Source: Hyalangium minutum (lineage in GTDB: Bacteria > Myxococcota > Myxococcia > Myxococcales > Myxococcaceae). From it: a stretch of 64,000 bases of DNA. Every line of letters begins with the position of its first letter. Position 1 is the stretch's first letter. The position numbers and the translations under genes were made by a program. A model generated the notes under the pieces. That model had not been told where the DNA came from and did no database searches. It saw only the letters and a program-made list of their open reading frames with translations. Shown one piece after another: positions 63,870 through 64,000 of this stretch. Where the stretch lies: the NCBI RefSeq assembly GCF_000737315.1, contig NZ_JMCB01000014.1, positions 296,985 to 360,984 on the forward strand, read 5' to 3'.

Positions 63870-64000
63870 GTGCCTTCCCGCCCGTCCTCGCCCTGCCCCA
63901 ACCCGCCCTTCGGTACCGCTCCCTGCCCGCCCTACCCACCCTACGGACCGCCCTACCCCTACCCGCCCTACCCACTCCCACGCCCTTCCCCACCCCGTAC
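63870..64000. repeat. C-rich low-complexity (CCGCCCTAC-like) repeats
   Basis: Repeated CCCTAC/CCGCCC units up to the window edge. Confidence 0.6.

Overview
High-GC DNA with a gene set typical of myxobacteria (Cystobacterineae-like; taxon inferred from MYXO-CTERM, DUF2381 and the act-cox operon). About 1-42 kb is an accessory patchwork: a sirtuin, a heme-fused copper monooxygenase, two degenerate tmRNA-3'-end/att-like repeats next to IS91-like transposase scars, two related orphan histidine kinases, a zinc peptidase-ricin fusion, an ArsR/SRPBCC/DoxX operon, a 14-Kelch/Ig MYXO-CTERM surface protein, GH43, GH128 and GH30 glycosidases, an MCP, a YndG/YndH-like pair, a low-GC ORFan, a DUF2381 pair, and a 55-bp palindromic repeat array before an HNH nuclease. 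The standout is a compact type VI secretion cluster (tssK-L-M-A-E-B-C-hcp-F-G-vgrG-MORN, 18.1-31.0 kb). Its TssM is only about 418 aa and lacks the periplasmic body, and the cluster contains no tssJ, clpV or PAAR gene. A DNase-I-fold gene sits directly upstream. About 42.9-55.8 kb is the core alternative complex III plus caa3 (A2-type) oxidase operon, followed by a lipoprotein toxin/immunity-like pair and housekeeping or envelope genes. No database searches were run; family calls rest on motif recognition.
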